Numbered from the stretch's first letter, positions 30,734-42,247 are shown. The stretch is DNA of 64,000 nucleotides from Gammaproteobacteria bacterium (GCA_963422205.2 CAXMWX010000009.1:32001-96000); one strand, 5' to 3'. Notes: generated from the sequence alone by a model not told the origin. A program made the numbers and translations.

Positions 30734-31726
30734 ATGCAGCAACAGGCAGATGATGACGCCACCGCCCGGCTGATTCGCTCAGGCCAGGCGGTGATTGAGA
30801 CCGAACAGCAGTCGGTTGCCCGTCTGGCGATTCGCATCGATGCCCGATTTGTCAACGCCTGTCGCTACATGCTGGCCTGTACTGGCCGGGTGGTGGTGCT
30901 GGGCATGGGAAAATCAGGGCATATCGCCAGTAAGATAGCGGCCACGCTGGCAAGCACCGGCACACCAGCCTTCTTTGTCCATGCTGGCGAAGCCAGTCAT
31001 GGCGATTTGGGGATGATCACGGCCAGCGATGTCGTCATGGCCTTGTCGAACTCTGGCGAGACCGAGGAGCTGATCACCGTGCTGCCCGTGATAAAACGGC
31101 TGGCCGTGCCCCTGATCGCCATGACGGGCAACCTTGGCTCAACGCTGGCCAGGGCGGCATCGGTCAGCCTGGATGTCAGCGTGAGCAAAGAAGCCTGTCC
31201 CCTGGGCCTGGCGCCCACGGCCAGCACCACGGCCAGCCTGGCGATGGGGGATGCGCTGGCCGTTGCCCTGCTGGAAGCGAGGGGGTTTGCACCGGCGGAC
31301 TTTGCACGGGCACACCCCGGCGGCAGCCTGGGCAGGAAATTACTGCTGCGGGTTGATGATATTATGCACAGAGGCAAAGACATACCGACAGTCGGCGAGC
31401 AGACACTTCTCAGCCGGGCGCTGCTGGAGATGACCGAGAAGGGCCTGGGCATGACGACCGTCACCGACAGGGGCGGGCAGTTGAGCGGTGTCTTTACAGA
31501 TGGCGACCTGCGCCGTACCCTCGATGGCGGCAAGGATATTCACAACATCAGGGTGGGCGAGGTGATGACGCGCCAGTACAAAACCATCCCCAGCCATGCC
31601 CTGGCCGCCGAGGCATTGCAACTTATGGAGCAATATAAAATCAACGCCTTGCTGGTGATAGACGATGGAGGCGCCCTGGCCGGGGTGTTGAACATGCACG
31701 ACCTGCTCAGGGCGAAGGTGGTATGA
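30734..31726 (+). CDS. kdsD: Arabinose-5-phosphate isomerase
   Basis: GMGKSGH, EASHGDLG, LAPTAST, HPGGSLG, two CBS domains. Confidence 0.96.
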   Translation: MQQQADDDATARLIRSGQAVIETEQQSVARLAIRIDARFVNACRYMLACTGRVVVLGMGKSGHIASKIAATLASTGTPAFFVHAGEASHGDLGMITASDVVMALSNSGETEELITVLPVIKRLAVPLIAMTGNLGSTLARAASVSLDVSVSKEACPLGLAPTASTTASLAMGDALAVALLEARGFAPADFARAHPGGSLGRKLLLRVDDIMHRGKDIPTVGEQTLLSRALLEMTEKGLGMTTVTDRGGQLSGVFTDGDLRRTLDGGKDIHNIRVGEVMTRQYKTIPSHALAAEALQLMEQYKINALLVIDDGGALAGVLNMHDLLRAKVV

Positions 31727-32205
31727 GCGCCCCGGCCCGGGCAAAAGCCGCTTGCCGGGCGGGCAACATGGCGGCTCTTCGGCATGGCGTTAAGGTGCTG
31801 ACCCGAGCAAAAATGGCCAACGGGCGGCGGGCGATCTTCGCTGTTGATGGCGTGCCGGGCTGTGTTTGTTTTGTGATCGAAGGCGAAGCGGCTCAAGACA
31901 GAGACAGGGGTCTTCATGTCAGCAACCCTGAGAGCGAAGGCCATCGAAAGCGGCCCTGGGGCATCCTGGCTTCGCTGGTGCAGATGATGTCGCTCATCAT
32001 CACCTGCCCGCCCTGTCTTGCCCGCTTGGGTTTTGCTGATCAGCGCCGGGAGATCTGGCGGGCTGGCCGAACGGCAATACAACCGCAAGGCGATAACGGG
32101 ATCAGTCTGCCGGACAGGCACCAGGGCGGGGCGGGCGCCTACAGCGGGATGAGCAGATCAAACAGCACACCTCGCCGGTGCCGCCTGATGGCAAGGCCGA
32201 CATGA
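31723..32205 (+). pseudogene. Degenerate kdsC (KDO-8-phosphate phosphatase) relic
   Basis: Sits in the kdsC position between kdsD and lptC and has about the right length. RAK..AIFAVDGV resembles KdsC IFDVDGV with the nucleophile Asp lost; GGAGA near the end. Confidence 0.6.
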
Positions 32206-32771
32206 GTCAGCGCCTGTTTATTCTGGCAGTGGTCATTGCGGCAGCAGCCGGCAGTGCCTGGCTGTTGCAGCGGCTGTCAGCCGTGCAGAACACCGGCACC
32301 GCCATTGACTATCATGAGCCGGATTATTATCTGGAGGACTTTACTACCGTGACGATGGCAGAAGATGGCACACCGAAACACAAGCTCTATGCCGTCTACC
32401 TGGCGCATTATGCTGACAATGACACCAGCGAGATGTTAAAACCGACCATGGAGATATTTCGAACGGACCGCTTGCCCGTGTATATCAAGGCCGATAAGGG
32501 CTGGGCGACCGCAGGCAATGAGGTTGTTTTTCTGCAGGGGGCTGTCAGGCTGTGGGAGTATGATGAGGCTGGAAATTATGTCATGCAGGTAGAGACCAGC
32601 GAAGTACAGGTGTTGCTGAATGATGAGTATGCAGAGACAGATAACTACGCCAGGATCACCACCAGCGATTCAATCATCACCGGCACAGGCATGCGTGCTT
32701 TTTTGCCTGACAGCCGCCTGGAAATCATCCGCCATGAAAAAACCACGATTGATGCCAGCACGGGCGGTTAG
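32202..32771 (+). CDS. lptC: LPS export protein LptC
   Basis: N-terminal TM, PDYYLEDF, jellyroll-like sequence, gene order. Confidence 0.9.
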   Translation: MSQRLFILAVVIAAAAGSAWLLQRLSAVQNTGTAIDYHEPDYYLEDFTTVTMAEDGTPKHKLYAVYLAHYADNDTSEMLKPTMEIFRTDRLPVYIKADKGWATAGNEVVFLQGAVRLWEYDEAGNYVMQVETSEVQVLLNDEYAETDNYARITTSDSIITGTGMRAFLPDSRLEIIRHEKTTIDASTGG

Positions 32772-33366
32772 TCAGTCTCTGCTGATGCTGCTGGCGGTTA
32801 TCTTCGCCGCATCTGCTTATGGTCTGACAACGGACAAGGATCAGCCGATCGAGGTTGAAGCCGATGCGGCGGAACTCGATGATCTGAAAAACATCAGCAT
32901 CTACACCGGCGATGTTATCGTCATTCAAGGCTCTATCAAGATGACCGGCGATGAGATGACAGTCTACTACACCGAAGATAACGAGCTGGACTCGATGATC
33001 ATGCAGGGCCAACATGCCACGTACCGGCAACTGCCCGATGACAGCACCATCTACGATCAGGCCGTTGCCTATCAAATGGAATATTATGAGCAGAAAAACC
33101 TGATCATACTCATCGGCGATGCCTGTGTTAAGCAGGAGGAGTCCGTCATCACGGGCGAGCGCATTGAATACGACACCCTGCTAAGTCGGGTGAAGGCATT
33201 TAACCAGCCCAAAGAAGTGCTGCCGAATGCAGCACCGCCTAAGGAGAAATCGCGGGTCAAGCTGGTGATCAGAAAAGACGATGCCGGGACAGCGGTGGCC
33301 ACCACGCCGCCCGCCCTGCCGGCGGACTGCAAGATCATCCCGGCACCCCAACCAGCAGCGCCATGA
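32734..33366 (+). CDS. lptA: LPS export periplasmic protein LptA
   Basis: Signal peptide, [31 protein letters not shown]. Confidence 0.9.
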   Translation: MKKPRLMPARAVSQSLLMLLAVIFAASAYGLTTDKDQPIEVEADAAELDDLKNISIYTGDVIVIQGSIKMTGDEMTVYYTEDNELDSMIMQGQHATYRQLPDDSTIYDQAVAYQMEYYEQKNLIILIGDACVKQEESVITGERIEYDTLLSRVKAFNQPKEVLPNAAPPKEKSRVKLVIRKDDAGTAVATTPPALPADCKIIPAPQPAAP

Positions 33367-33385
33367 CCGCCGCAGGAGCTTGCCC

Positions 33386-34111
33386 ATGAGTGTGTTGGCC
33401 GTGCACCACCTGTCAAAGAAATTTCGCGCCCGTCAGGTGGTGCGCGATGTCAGCCTGTCGGTGAGCAGCGGCGAGATCGTCGGCCTGCTCGGCCCTAACG
33501 GGGCCGGCAAGACGACCAGTTTTCACATGATCGTCGGGCTGATTCCCTCCGATGCCGGCACTATCTGCCTCAATGATCGGGAAATAAGCACATTGCCGAT
33601 GGACAAGCGCGCCCGCCTGGGGCTGGGATACCTGCCACAGGAGTCCTCCATTTTTCGCAAGCTCACGGTGGCCGAGAACATCATGGCCATCCTGGAGACC
33701 CGCCGCACTTTAAGCCGTACCGAGGCCAAACAACGCTTGGAAGCCTTGCTGAACGAGTTTCATGTCAGTCATTTGCGAGATAATCCTGGCATCAGCCTGT
33801 CCGGCGGTGAGCGCAGACGGGTTGAGATTGCTCGTGCGCTGGCCACCGAGCCGCGCTTTTTGCTGCTCGATGAGCCCTTTGCCGGAATCGATCCCATCTC
33901 CATCAGCGACATACAACGCATTACCCGCTACCTGGCCGAGATTGGCATCGGCATATTGATCACCGATCATAATGTGCGCGAAACCTTGGGATCGTGCGAC
34001 CGCGCCTATATCGTCATTGACGGTAAAATACAGGCCGAAGGCAACGCCGAGGCCATTCTCGCCGACAGCCGGGTGCGAGAGGTCTACCTGGGCGAGCAGT
34101 TCAAATTGTAA
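33386..34111 (+). CDS. lptB: LPS export ABC ATPase
   Basis: [40 protein letters not shown]. Confidence 0.97.
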   Translation: MSVLAVHHLSKKFRARQVVRDVSLSVSSGEIVGLLGPNGAGKTTSFHMIVGLIPSDAGTICLNDREISTLPMDKRARLGLGYLPQESSIFRKLTVAENIMAILETRRTLSRTEAKQRLEALLNEFHVSHLRDNPGISLSGGERRRVEIARALATEPRFLLLDEPFAGIDPISISDIQRITRYLAEIGIGILITDHNVRETLGSCDRAYIVIDGKIQAEGNAEAILADSRVREVYLGEQFKL

Positions 34112-34164
34112 TTTTTCTTATCAGGAGACAGCAATCAGTCCGCTTTTTGCGCTAAAATTTCACC

Positions 34165-35618
34165 ATGAAGCAATCCCTGCAACTCAAGCTCAGTCACAGC
34201 CTGACCATGACGCCGCAATTACAGCAGGCCATTCGGCTGCTGCAATTATCCAGCGCCGAGTTGCACGGCGAGATCCAGGAGGCGCTGGATTCCAACATGA
34301 TGCTGGAGCTGGATGAGGGCGAGGGCGAGAATCCGCTGCCGCCGACAGCCGAGGCCGCTGATGCGCCCGCCCCCGAACCTGCCGATACGCAGGTGCTGGC
34401 AGAGACCGATACCATTCCCGATGAGTTGCCGGTAGATACGGCATGGGATGATATCTACGATAGCCATGCCATTTCTCACCGCAGCCGGGAAGCATACGAA
34501 TACAACGGCTTTGAGAACCGGGATGGCAGCGAGAAGAGCCTGGCCGAGCATCTGCGCTGGCAGCTTAACCTAAGCAACCGTTCAGAGACAGACCGGGCGA
34601 TTGCCATCGCGATTATCGATTCCCTGGATGATGATGGCTATCTGACGTGCAGCCTTGAGGATATCCATGCAACGATCAACCTGGCCGAGGTTGGGCTGGA
34701 TGAGATCGAGGCCGTGTTGCACATGGTCCAGGCGCTTGACCCCACTGGCATCGGCGCACGGAATTTGCAGGAATGCCTGCACCTGCAATTAAACCAATGC
34801 GATGATGAGACGCCCTGGCTGGGCCCGGCCAAGACCCTGGTAAGCCAGTATCTGCCCCTGCTCGCCGCCCATGACTATAACCAGTTGATACGCAAGCTGG
34901 GGCTGGAGCGGGCGCAACTGGTGCAGGTGATCGCCCTGATCCAGTCCTTAAACCCCCCGCCCCGGCAATCAGGTGCAGGCAAGCCATACCGAATATATCG
35001 TGCCGGATGTCTATGTGAGCAAGAAAAAAGGGCTGTGGAAGGTTGAATTGAACACCGAGGCGGTGCCGCAGCTACGCATCAATCCGGGCTATGCCCGCAT
35101 GGTCAAACGGGCCGATAACAGCCGTGATAACACTTCGCTCAAGAATCACTTGCAGGAGGCACGCTGGTTTATCAGGAGCCTGCAAAGCCGTGGCGAGACC
35201 CTGCTGCGCGTTGCCACCAGTATTGTTGAGCGGCAGCGCGCTTTTCTGGAATACGGCGAGGAGGCGATGCGCCCGCTGGTGCTGCACGACATTGCCGATG
35301 GCCTTGACCTACACGAATCCACCATCTCACGGGTGACCACGAGGAAATACATGCACACGCCACGCGGCGTGTTTGAGCTGAAATATTTTTTCTCCAGCCA
35401 CGTGAACACCGAACAGGGCGGCGTCTGCTCATCGACTGCCATCCGCGCCCTGATAAAAAAACTCATCCAGGCCGAGCCGCCGGAAAAGCCGTTAAGCGAC
35501 AGCAAGCTGGCCGCCCTGTTATCAGAGCAGGGGATCCGGGTTGCCCGCCGGACAGTCGCCAAGTATCGAGAGTCCCATGGCCATACCGCCGTCCAATGAG
35601 CGCAAATGGCTGGCCTGA
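34165..35618 (+). CDS. rpoN: RNA polymerase sigma-54, with two single-C frameshifts (~34955 and ~35576)
   Basis: [26 protein letters not shown], RpoN box [10 protein letters not shown]. Removing one C at each run restores NPRPG and [15 protein letters not shown]. Confidence 0.93.
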
Positions 35619-35726
35619 TCTTAAAGGCTTTCTGCCCGGCAAGAGAAATGGCAACAACCCCATGCTTACTGGCCGGGCAACGCCTGCACCCCAACCCAAC
35701 AAGCCCTTAGGTTTTAAGGAGAACCC

Positions 35727-36020
35727 ATGCAACTCAACCTTACCGGCCATCACCTGGATATCACCCCTGCAATACGATCCTATGTAGAGACCAAACTGGA
35801 AAAAATAACGCGCCATTTTGATCACATCACGCATGCCCATGTCATCTTGAGCATCGAGAGAGAGCGCCAGAAGGCTGAGGCCACCATCCATGTCAACCGC
35901 GCCAATATTCACGCCGATGCCGAACACAACGACATGTATGCGGCGATAGACAAGCTGACAGATAAACTCGATCGTCAGGTAAAAAAACACAAAGAGAAAC
36001 TGACCCGTCATCGTGGCTAG
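35727..36020 (+). CDS. hpf: Ribosome hibernation promoting factor
   Basis: MQLNLTGHHLDITPA, DMYAAID, LDRQVKKHKEK. Confidence 0.95.
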   Translation: MQLNLTGHHLDITPAIRSYVETKLEKITRHFDHITHAHVILSIERERQKAEATIHVNRANIHADAEHNDMYAAIDKLTDKLDRQVKKHKEKLTRHRG

Positions 36021-36062
36021 GCCCCGGCCTCATCCTTTAAGATAACGGCGAGAGGGAACATC

Positions 36063-36509
36063 ATGCAGATTGCCGACATCCTTGATGCCAGCCGCATCGT
36101 CTGTGGCGTGGAGAAAAGCAGCAAGAAGGCCGCGCTGGAGGCCACTGCCACACTGCTCGCCAGCGCCAGCGACAGCCTGTCGCAAGGGCAGGTGTTCGAC
36201 ACCTTGTTAAGCCGGGAGCGGCTCGGCAGCACCGGTCTTGGCAATGGCATCGCTCTGCCGCATGGCCGGCTGAAAAACGGCGACATGACGATTGGGGCTT
36301 TTGTCCGGCTGAAATCCGGCATTGATTATGACGCCACCGACAAACAGCCGGTCGATATATTATTTGCGTTGCTGGTGCCGGAGGAATCCACCGAGGAACA
36401 CCTGCAAATCCTCGCCCGGATTGCAGAGAAATTCAGCCAGGCAGACTTGCAGACCAAACTGCGTACTGAGGATAACATCGAGGCCCTGTTTGCACTGCTG
36501 ACAGGCTGA
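36063..36509 (+). CDS. ptsN: PTS EIIA-Ntr
   Basis: SKK, RERLGSTGLGNGIALPHGR. Confidence 0.94.
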   Translation: MQIADILDASRIVCGVEKSSKKAALEATATLLASASDSLSQGQVFDTLLSRERLGSTGLGNGIALPHGRLKNGDMTIGAFVRLKSGIDYDATDKQPVDILFALLVPEESTEEHLQILARIAEKFSQADLQTKLRTEDNIEALFALLTG

Positions 36510-36513
36510 AGCT

Positions 36514-37536
36514 ATGGTCAACATCGTCAACAAGATCACCGTGGATGATTTGTACCAGAGGCATGGTGAGCTGTTGAACCTGCAATGGATAGCCGGCCGG
36601 CAAGGCGGGCAACGGGTGGTCGTACCGGAAATCGTCTACCCGCCACAGGCCCCGGCGGTCAGCGATGATCGGGAGGCAATCGCCAAGACAACCAGACGAG
36701 ATCATATCGGCAAGTCGCTGGTGGGTTATCTGAACCTGATTCACCCGCACCAGGTACAGCTACTCGGTAAGGTGGAATTGGACTTTCTCCACAAGCTGCG
36801 TGATATCACGCAAGAAGATACGCTCAGGGAAATCTATGCACACCAGCCGGTCTGCATGATCATCACCGATGACTGCCAGGCGCCCGAGGTGCTGGTACAC
36901 AAATGCAATCAGACCAATGTGCCGCTGTTCAAGACCGCCACGGTCAGCGCCAGGGTATCGGACACCTTGCGCTATTTCCTGACCAATATGTTTGCCGATG
37001 TGGTGACCGTGCATGGCGTGTTCATGGAGGTGATGGGCATCGGCGTACTGATCAGCGGCCCCAGTGCCGCCGGCAAGAGCGAACTGGCGCTGGAACTGAT
37101 CACCCGAGGTCACCGGTTGATTGCCGATGATGCCCCGGAGTTCTCAAAAATCGCCCCCGATATTGTGCGCGGCAGTTGTCCCCATGCGCTGATGGATTTC
37201 CTTGAGGTGCGCGGCCTTGGCATCATTAATGTGCGAAGATTGTATGGCGAGAATGCGGTAAAAAAAGAGAAATATCTGCGCCTCATCATCCGCCTGGAGC
37301 GCATGCAGACAGAAGCATTGAACACCCTGGACCGGCTGGGGGGCAGCTATCGCCAGGCCCGGCTGTTTGATCTGGATATTCCCGAAATCACTTTGCCCGT
37401 TGCGCCCGGGCGCAATATGGCCATCCTGGTTGAAAGCGCCGTGCGTAATCATGTGCTGAGGATGAGCGGCTATGATTCCTCCAGGGACTTTATCGATCAC
37501 CAGCAGCGGCTGGTCAAGGGCAGAAGTGAAGGCTGA
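36514..37536 (+). CDS. hprK: HPr kinase/phosphorylase
   Basis: HGVFMEV.G.GVLISGPSAAGKSELALEL, LEVRGLG, PVAPGRN. Confidence 0.95.
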   Translation: MVNIVNKITVDDLYQRHGELLNLQWIAGRQGGQRVVVPEIVYPPQAPAVSDDREAIAKTTRRDHIGKSLVGYLNLIHPHQVQLLGKVELDFLHKLRDITQEDTLREIYAHQPVCMIITDDCQAPEVLVHKCNQTNVPLFKTATVSARVSDTLRYFLTNMFADVVTVHGVFMEVMGIGVLISGPSAAGKSELALELITRGHRLIADDAPEFSKIAPDIVRGSCPHALMDFLEVRGLGIINVRRLYGENAVKKEKYLRLIIRLERMQTEALNTLDRLGGSYRQARLFDLDIPEITLPVAPGRNMAILVESAVRNHVLRMSGYDSSRDFIDHQQRLVKGRSEG

Positions 37537-38417
37537 ACCGCCCCGGCTGACGGTCATCAGCGGCTCATCCGGTGCCGGCAAATCCGTTGTCCTGCATACG
37601 CTCGAAGATGCCGGCTATTACTGCATAGACAACCTGCCCATCTCGCTGCTGGCACAGCTCCCGGCACACATTACGCAAGGAGCTCGAGGGGGCGATCAAG
37701 AAGGCGATCACAGGCCGGAAAGGGTTGCCATTGGCATTGATGTACGCAGCAGCCTGGGTCGGATCAGCGCCTTGCAGCAACAGATGGACGCCTTACAGGC
37801 CGCCGGCCTTGACACGGAAATCATCTTCCTTGATGCGGCTGATGAGGTCTTGACAAAACGTTTCAGCGAAACGAGACGCAAACATCCCCTGTCATCGGCA
37901 ACCGTAGCCTTGGCAGAGGCCATCAGCGAAGAGCGGCGGGTGCTTGAGGGCATCTCGGCCATCGCCGATCTGACGATTGACACCAGCAGCACCAGCGTAC
38001 ATGAATTGCGCCAGCGGATACGGGAGCTGATCGTCCGGGGAACAGCCGGCAGCCTGGCGATGCAGTTGCTGTCCTTCGGCTTCAAGCACGGAACGCCACG
38101 GGATGCCGATTTTATTTTTGATGTCCGCTGCCTGCCTAACCCGCACTGGTACCCAACACCTACGGCAGTTATCCGGCCTGGATGAGCCGGTGCAGACCTT
38201 CCTCGCCAGAGAACACGCCGTCACCGACATGATTGCCGACATCGCTGCGTTCATGAACAAGTGGATCCCGCTATTCATCGCCGAGAATCGCAGCTACCTT
38301 ACCCTTGGCGTGGGTTGTACCGGCGGCCACCACCGATCGGTTTATATAGTAGAAAAACTCAGCACGATGATTGACAATGACACCCTCAAACCGCAAGTCA
38401 AACACCGAGACATGTAA
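37526..38417 (+). CDS. rapZ: RNase adapter RapZ, with one single-C frameshift (~38153)
   Basis: GSSGAGKS, CIDNLP, RFSETRRKHPL, SFGFKHG, DVRCLPNPHW; after the shift GCTGGHHRSV. Confidence 0.92.
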
Positions 38418-38803
38418 TGTCAGCAGGTCTGCTAATTTTAAGCCATACCGGCATCGGCCCGGTGCTGCTTGGCACCGCCACCAACATGCTGGGCGAGATC
38501 CCCATGCCCGCCAAGGCCCTCACCGCCGCCCGTAATTGTGATCTGGAGGATGTCTACGATCACGCCCGGGAGCTGGTGCATGAGTTGGACAGCGGCGCCG
38601 GCGTCTTGATCCTGACCGATCTGATCGGCTCAACGCCCAGCAACATCGCCGGCGGGCTGCTGGCCATGGAAAACGTTCGCATCGTCACCGGCCTGAACCT
38701 GTCCATGCTGCTGAGAGTGCTTAACTACCACGAGTTAAGCCTGGCCGAACTGGTAGAGAAGGCGATCACCGGCGGGCGGGACGGCATCGCCGAGCTTGAA
38801 TGA
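38417..38803 (+). CDS. PTS EIIA (mannose/fructose family)
   Basis: LILSH, LTDLIGSTPSN, GLNLSML. Confidence 0.9.
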   Translation: MSAGLLILSHTGIGPVLLGTATNMLGEIPMPAKALTAARNCDLEDVYDHARELVHELDSGAGVLILTDLIGSTPSNIAGGLLAMENVRIVTGLNLSMLLRVLNYHELSLAELVEKAITGGRDGIAELE

Positions 38804-38809
38804 CGTACC

Positions 38810-39079
38810 ATGTTAAGCAAGCAGATAACCATCATCAACAAGCTGGGCCTGCACGCCCGGGCGGCGGCGGCCTTTGTGCAGAAGGCATCCGCCTTCAAAG
38901 CGGACATCAACGTCATCATCGATGGCAAAAAGGTGAATGGCAAAAGCATCATGGGCCTGATGATGCTGGCGGCAGCGAAAGGCACCACGATTGAGTTGAC
39001 CACCTGCGGCAACGATGAGGCCGAGGCCATGCACGGCCTGGAATCGCTGATCTTAAATCGCTTTGGCGAACCAGAGTGA
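38810..39079 (+). CDS. ptsH: HPr phosphocarrier
   Basis: NKLGLHARAA, GKSIMGLMML. Confidence 0.94.
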   Translation: MLSKQITIINKLGLHARAAAAFVQKASAFKADINVIIDGKKVNGKSIMGLMMLAAAKGTTIELTTCGNDEAEAMHGLESLILNRFGEPE

Positions 39080-40821
39080 CCGTATCGCTCTATGGCATGG
39101 GGGTCTCACGGGGCATTGCCATCGGCAAGGCCCATATCATTCAGCGTGATCAGCTGGATATTCCTGAATACATGATTGCCAGCGAAGGCATCGGGGCGGA
39201 AGTTGACCGGCTGAACGAGGCGGTCAATCAGGCCAAACAACAGTTGCACGCCATACGGGATCATATTCCCGCCGAAACCACCTCGGAAATTGCGGCGTTT
39301 ATCGACACCCACCTGCTGATGCTCGATGACTCGGCCCTGCTGGCCGAGCCCATACGCCTGATCCGGCAGAGATGTTTCAATGCCGAGTGGGCCTTGAAGA
39401 TGCAACGTGATGCGCTGGTCAGCGTGTTTGATGAGATGGACGATGCCTATCTACGCACCCGCAAAGACGATATCGGGCATGTGGTCAACCGGGTGCAGCG
39501 CATTCTGCTAAAACAAACGCCGTTGCGGCACGAAGAGCCGGACAGTCGCCTCGCCGGCTATATCGTCATCGCCGATGATCTGGCCCCGGCCGATACCGTG
39601 TTGATACAGCATCACGGCATCGCCGCCTTCGCCACAGAACATGGCGGCCCGACTTCCCACACCTCCATCCTGGCCCGCAGCCTGGGCGTGCCGGCGATCG
39701 TCGGGCTGAACGAAGCTGAGCGCTACGTAAAGGAAGATGAGCTGGTTATCATTGATGGCGGCAGCGGTGTCATGCTCATTGACCCGGATGAGAACATCCT
39801 CGCCCATTACCGGCAAAAACGCCAGCAGGACCGGGCGTATGACTCCTCGCTGACCGCCCTGAAAGAAGCGCCCGCCAAAACCACAGATAACATCGCCATC
39901 ACCCTGCAAGCCAATATCGAGTTGCCACAGGATTTTGACATCGTCCGGCAGGTCGGGGCGAGCGGTGTCGGGCTGTATCGCACCGAGTTTTTGTACATGA
40001 ACCGGGAACACCCGCCAGAGGAAGAGGAGCATTTTGCCACCTACCTGTCGGTGCTGGATGCCCTAGCCGGCCTGCCGCTGACCATTCGCACCGTCGATCT
40101 GGGGGCTGACAAACAGGTTGACGGCGGCCATCAGGGCGGGGCGGTGCAGTCAAATCCGGCCCTGGGGCTGCGTGCTGTCAGGTTGTGTTTGCGGGAATCG
40201 GGGCTGTTTCGCCCACAGATCAGGGCGATATTGCGCGCCTCGGCACACGGCAAGGTCAGGCTGATGCTGCCCATGTTATCCAGCCCGCAAGAAACCTTGC
40301 AGGTGATCGCCATTATTGATGAGATCAAGGCCGAGCTCCGCCGGGAAGGCGTTGACTTCGATCATGATATCCCCATTGGCGGCATGATCGAGGTGCCGGC
40401 GGCTGCCATCTGCGCCGACATCTTCGCCAGGGATCTGGATTTTTTATCCCTCGGCACCAACGATCTCATCCAGTACACCATCGCCATTGACCGGGTAAAC
40501 AATGAAGTCAATTACCTGTATGATCCGTTGCACCCGGCCGTCCTGAGACTGATACAAACCACGCTGGCGGCGGGCAAGCAGGCCGGCATACCGGTGGCGA
40601 TGTGTGGCGAGATGGCCGGCGATCCCAAATACACCCGCCTGTTGCTGGGCATGGGTTTGACCGAGTTCAGTCTGCATCCGAATAATCTGCTGCAAGTAAA
40701 AAAAATCATCATGGAAAGCAACATGGCCGAGCTGTTGGAACTGGCCGCCGCTGCCCTGAAGGCGAAATCCGGCCCGGAGGTGCAAATCGCCCTGGAGCAA
40801 TTCTCCCCCCCGCCTGAATAG
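39076..40821 (+). CDS. ptsI: PTS enzyme I
   Basis: GGPTSHTSILAR, GLYRTEF, NPALGLR, GTNDLIQY, CGEMAG. Confidence 0.95.
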   Translation: MTVSLYGMGVSRGIAIGKAHIIQRDQLDIPEYMIASEGIGAEVDRLNEAVNQAKQQLHAIRDHIPAETTSEIAAFIDTHLLMLDDSALLAEPIRLIRQRCFNAEWALKMQRDALVSVFDEMDDAYLRTRKDDIGHVVNRVQRILLKQTPLRHEEPDSRLAGYIVIADDLAPADTVLIQHHGIAAFATEHGGPTSHTSILARSLGVPAIVGLNEAERYVKEDELVIIDGGSGVMLIDPDENILAHYRQKRQQDRAYDSSLTALKEAPAKTTDNIAITLQANIELPQDFDIVRQVGASGVGLYRTEFLYMNREHPPEEEEHFATYLSVLDALAGLPLTIRTVDLGADKQVDGGHQGGAVQSNPALGLRAVRLCLRESGLFRPQIRAILRASAHGKVRLMLPMLSSPQETLQVIAIIDEIKAELRREGVDFDHDIPIGGMIEVPAAAICADIFARDLDFLSLGTNDLIQYTIAIDRVNNEVNYLYDPLHPAVLRLIQTTLAAGKQAGIPVAMCGEMAGDPKYTRLLLGMGLTEFSLHPNNLLQVKKIIMESNMAELLELAAAALKAKSGPEVQIALEQFSPPPE

Positions 40822-40912
40822 CGGCCATAAGCCAGCCTGGCCTTTTTATCTCGGCCTTTTTATAAGGGCTGCCAACGCTGTTACACTGCCCGCCCGTAAC
40901 CGGCACAGGACC

Positions 40913-42247
40913 ATGAGCGAGGCAACCCCACACGATTCGCTGCTTGAGCAGCTGCATGCCGACAACCTTGATCAGGTGCGATCGCTGTTAAGCCAGTTGC
41001 ACCCCGCCGAGATCGCCGATCTGCTGGAGGCCCTGCCCGGCAAGGAGCGGGCGAAGCTCTGGCAGCAGATCGATCCGGGGGTTGGCGGCGATGTGTTGTC
41101 AGAGGTGCAGGATACGATTCGCGCCGGACTGCTTGAGCAGATGCCGCCGGAGCAGGTGGCTGAAGTCACCCAGGACCTGGATACCGATGATGTCGCCGAC
41201 ATTCTGCAAGACCTGCCGGAGGAGGTGGCTGACACCGTGCTGCTGGCGATGGATGTGCAGAATCGTGAGCGCATTGCCTCGCTCATGTCCTACCCCGAGG
41301 ACACCGCCGGCGGGCTGATGAATACCGATGTGGTCTCGGTGCGTGCCGATGTCAGCCTGGATGTCGTCTCCCGTTACCTGCGCCAGCGCACCGCCCTGCC
41401 GGAGAACACCGACAGCCTGATGGTGGTAGACCGGGAGAATCGCTACTTGGGGTCGTTGACGCTGGCCGATGTGTTGACCAGCCGGGCCGAGCGGACAGTG
41501 GGCGAGGTGATGTCGGCCAGCGTTGGCATCAGCGCCAGGCACTCGGCGCTGGAGGTTGCCCGGCTGTTTGAGCAGCGCGATTTTATCTCGGCGGCGGTGG
41601 TGGATGAGGATGAGAAACTGCTGGGCCGGATCACGATCGATGACGTGGTCGATGTGATCCAGGATGAGGCCGAACATACCGTGATGAGCATGGCCGGGGT
41701 GGTGGACGATGATACCTTCTCATCGATTTTGCAGAGTACCAGAGGCCGTGCGTTGTGGTTGGGGATCAATCTGCTGACGGCCTTCCTCGCCGCCTGGGTG
41801 ATTGGCCGGTTTGCCGAGACGATTCAGCAGCTGGTGGCGCTGGCGATCCTCATGCCCATTGTCGCCAGCATGGGCGGCATCGCCGGCAACCAGACCCTCA
41901 CCATCACTATCCGCGCCCTGGCTTTGGGCCAGCTTAACCGCGCCAGCCGCCGGGCGCTGATCATCAAGGAGAGCACCGTGGGCCTGATCAACGGCGCCTT
42001 ATGGGCGCTGGTGGTTGGCCTGCTGGCCTGGCTGTGGTTTGCCGATGAGGGCTTAGGGGTCATCATCGCCCTGGCCATGATCATCAATCTGCTGGTGGCC
42101 GCCCTGTGCGGGGCCTTGATACCCCTGATGCTAAAACGCATGAACATAGATCCGGCGATTGCCGGCGGTGTGGTATTGACCACGGTCACGGATGTGGTCG
42201 GCTTCATGACGTTCCTGGGGCTGGCCGCTGTGTTTTTGTTGCCTTGA
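40913..42247 (+). CDS. mgtE: Magnesium transporter MgtE
   Basis: HPAEIA, AGGLM, CBS pair, GGIAGNQT, DPAIAGG..TT.TD. Confidence 0.95.
   Translation: MSEATPHDSLLEQLHADNLDQVRSLLSQLHPAEIADLLEALPGKERAKLWQQIDPGVGGDVLSEVQDTIRAGLLEQMPPEQVAEVTQDLDTDDVADILQDLPEEVADTVLLAMDVQNRERIASLMSYPEDTAGGLMNTDVVSVRADVSLDVVSRYLRQRTALPENTDSLMVVDRENRYLGSLTLADVLTSRAERTVGEVMSASVGISARHSALEVARLFEQRDFISAAVVDEDEKLLGRITIDDVVDVIQDEAEHTVMSMAGVVDDDTFSSILQSTRGRALWLGINLLTAFLAAWVIGRFAETIQQLVALAILMPIVASMGGIAGNQTLTITIRALALGQLNRASRRALIIKESTVGLINGALWALVVGLLAWLWFADEGLGVIIALAMIINLLVAALCGALIPLMLKRMNIDPAIAGGVVLTTVTDVVGFMTFLGLAAVFLLP

Noticed and set aside
34165-35618. Naturally split or pseudogenised sigma-54
   Set aside because: Only single-C insertions in C runs with intact motifs; most likely sequencing error.
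40822-40870. Intrinsic terminator after ptsI
   Set aside because: T-runs are present but the stem is weak with an implausibly small loop.
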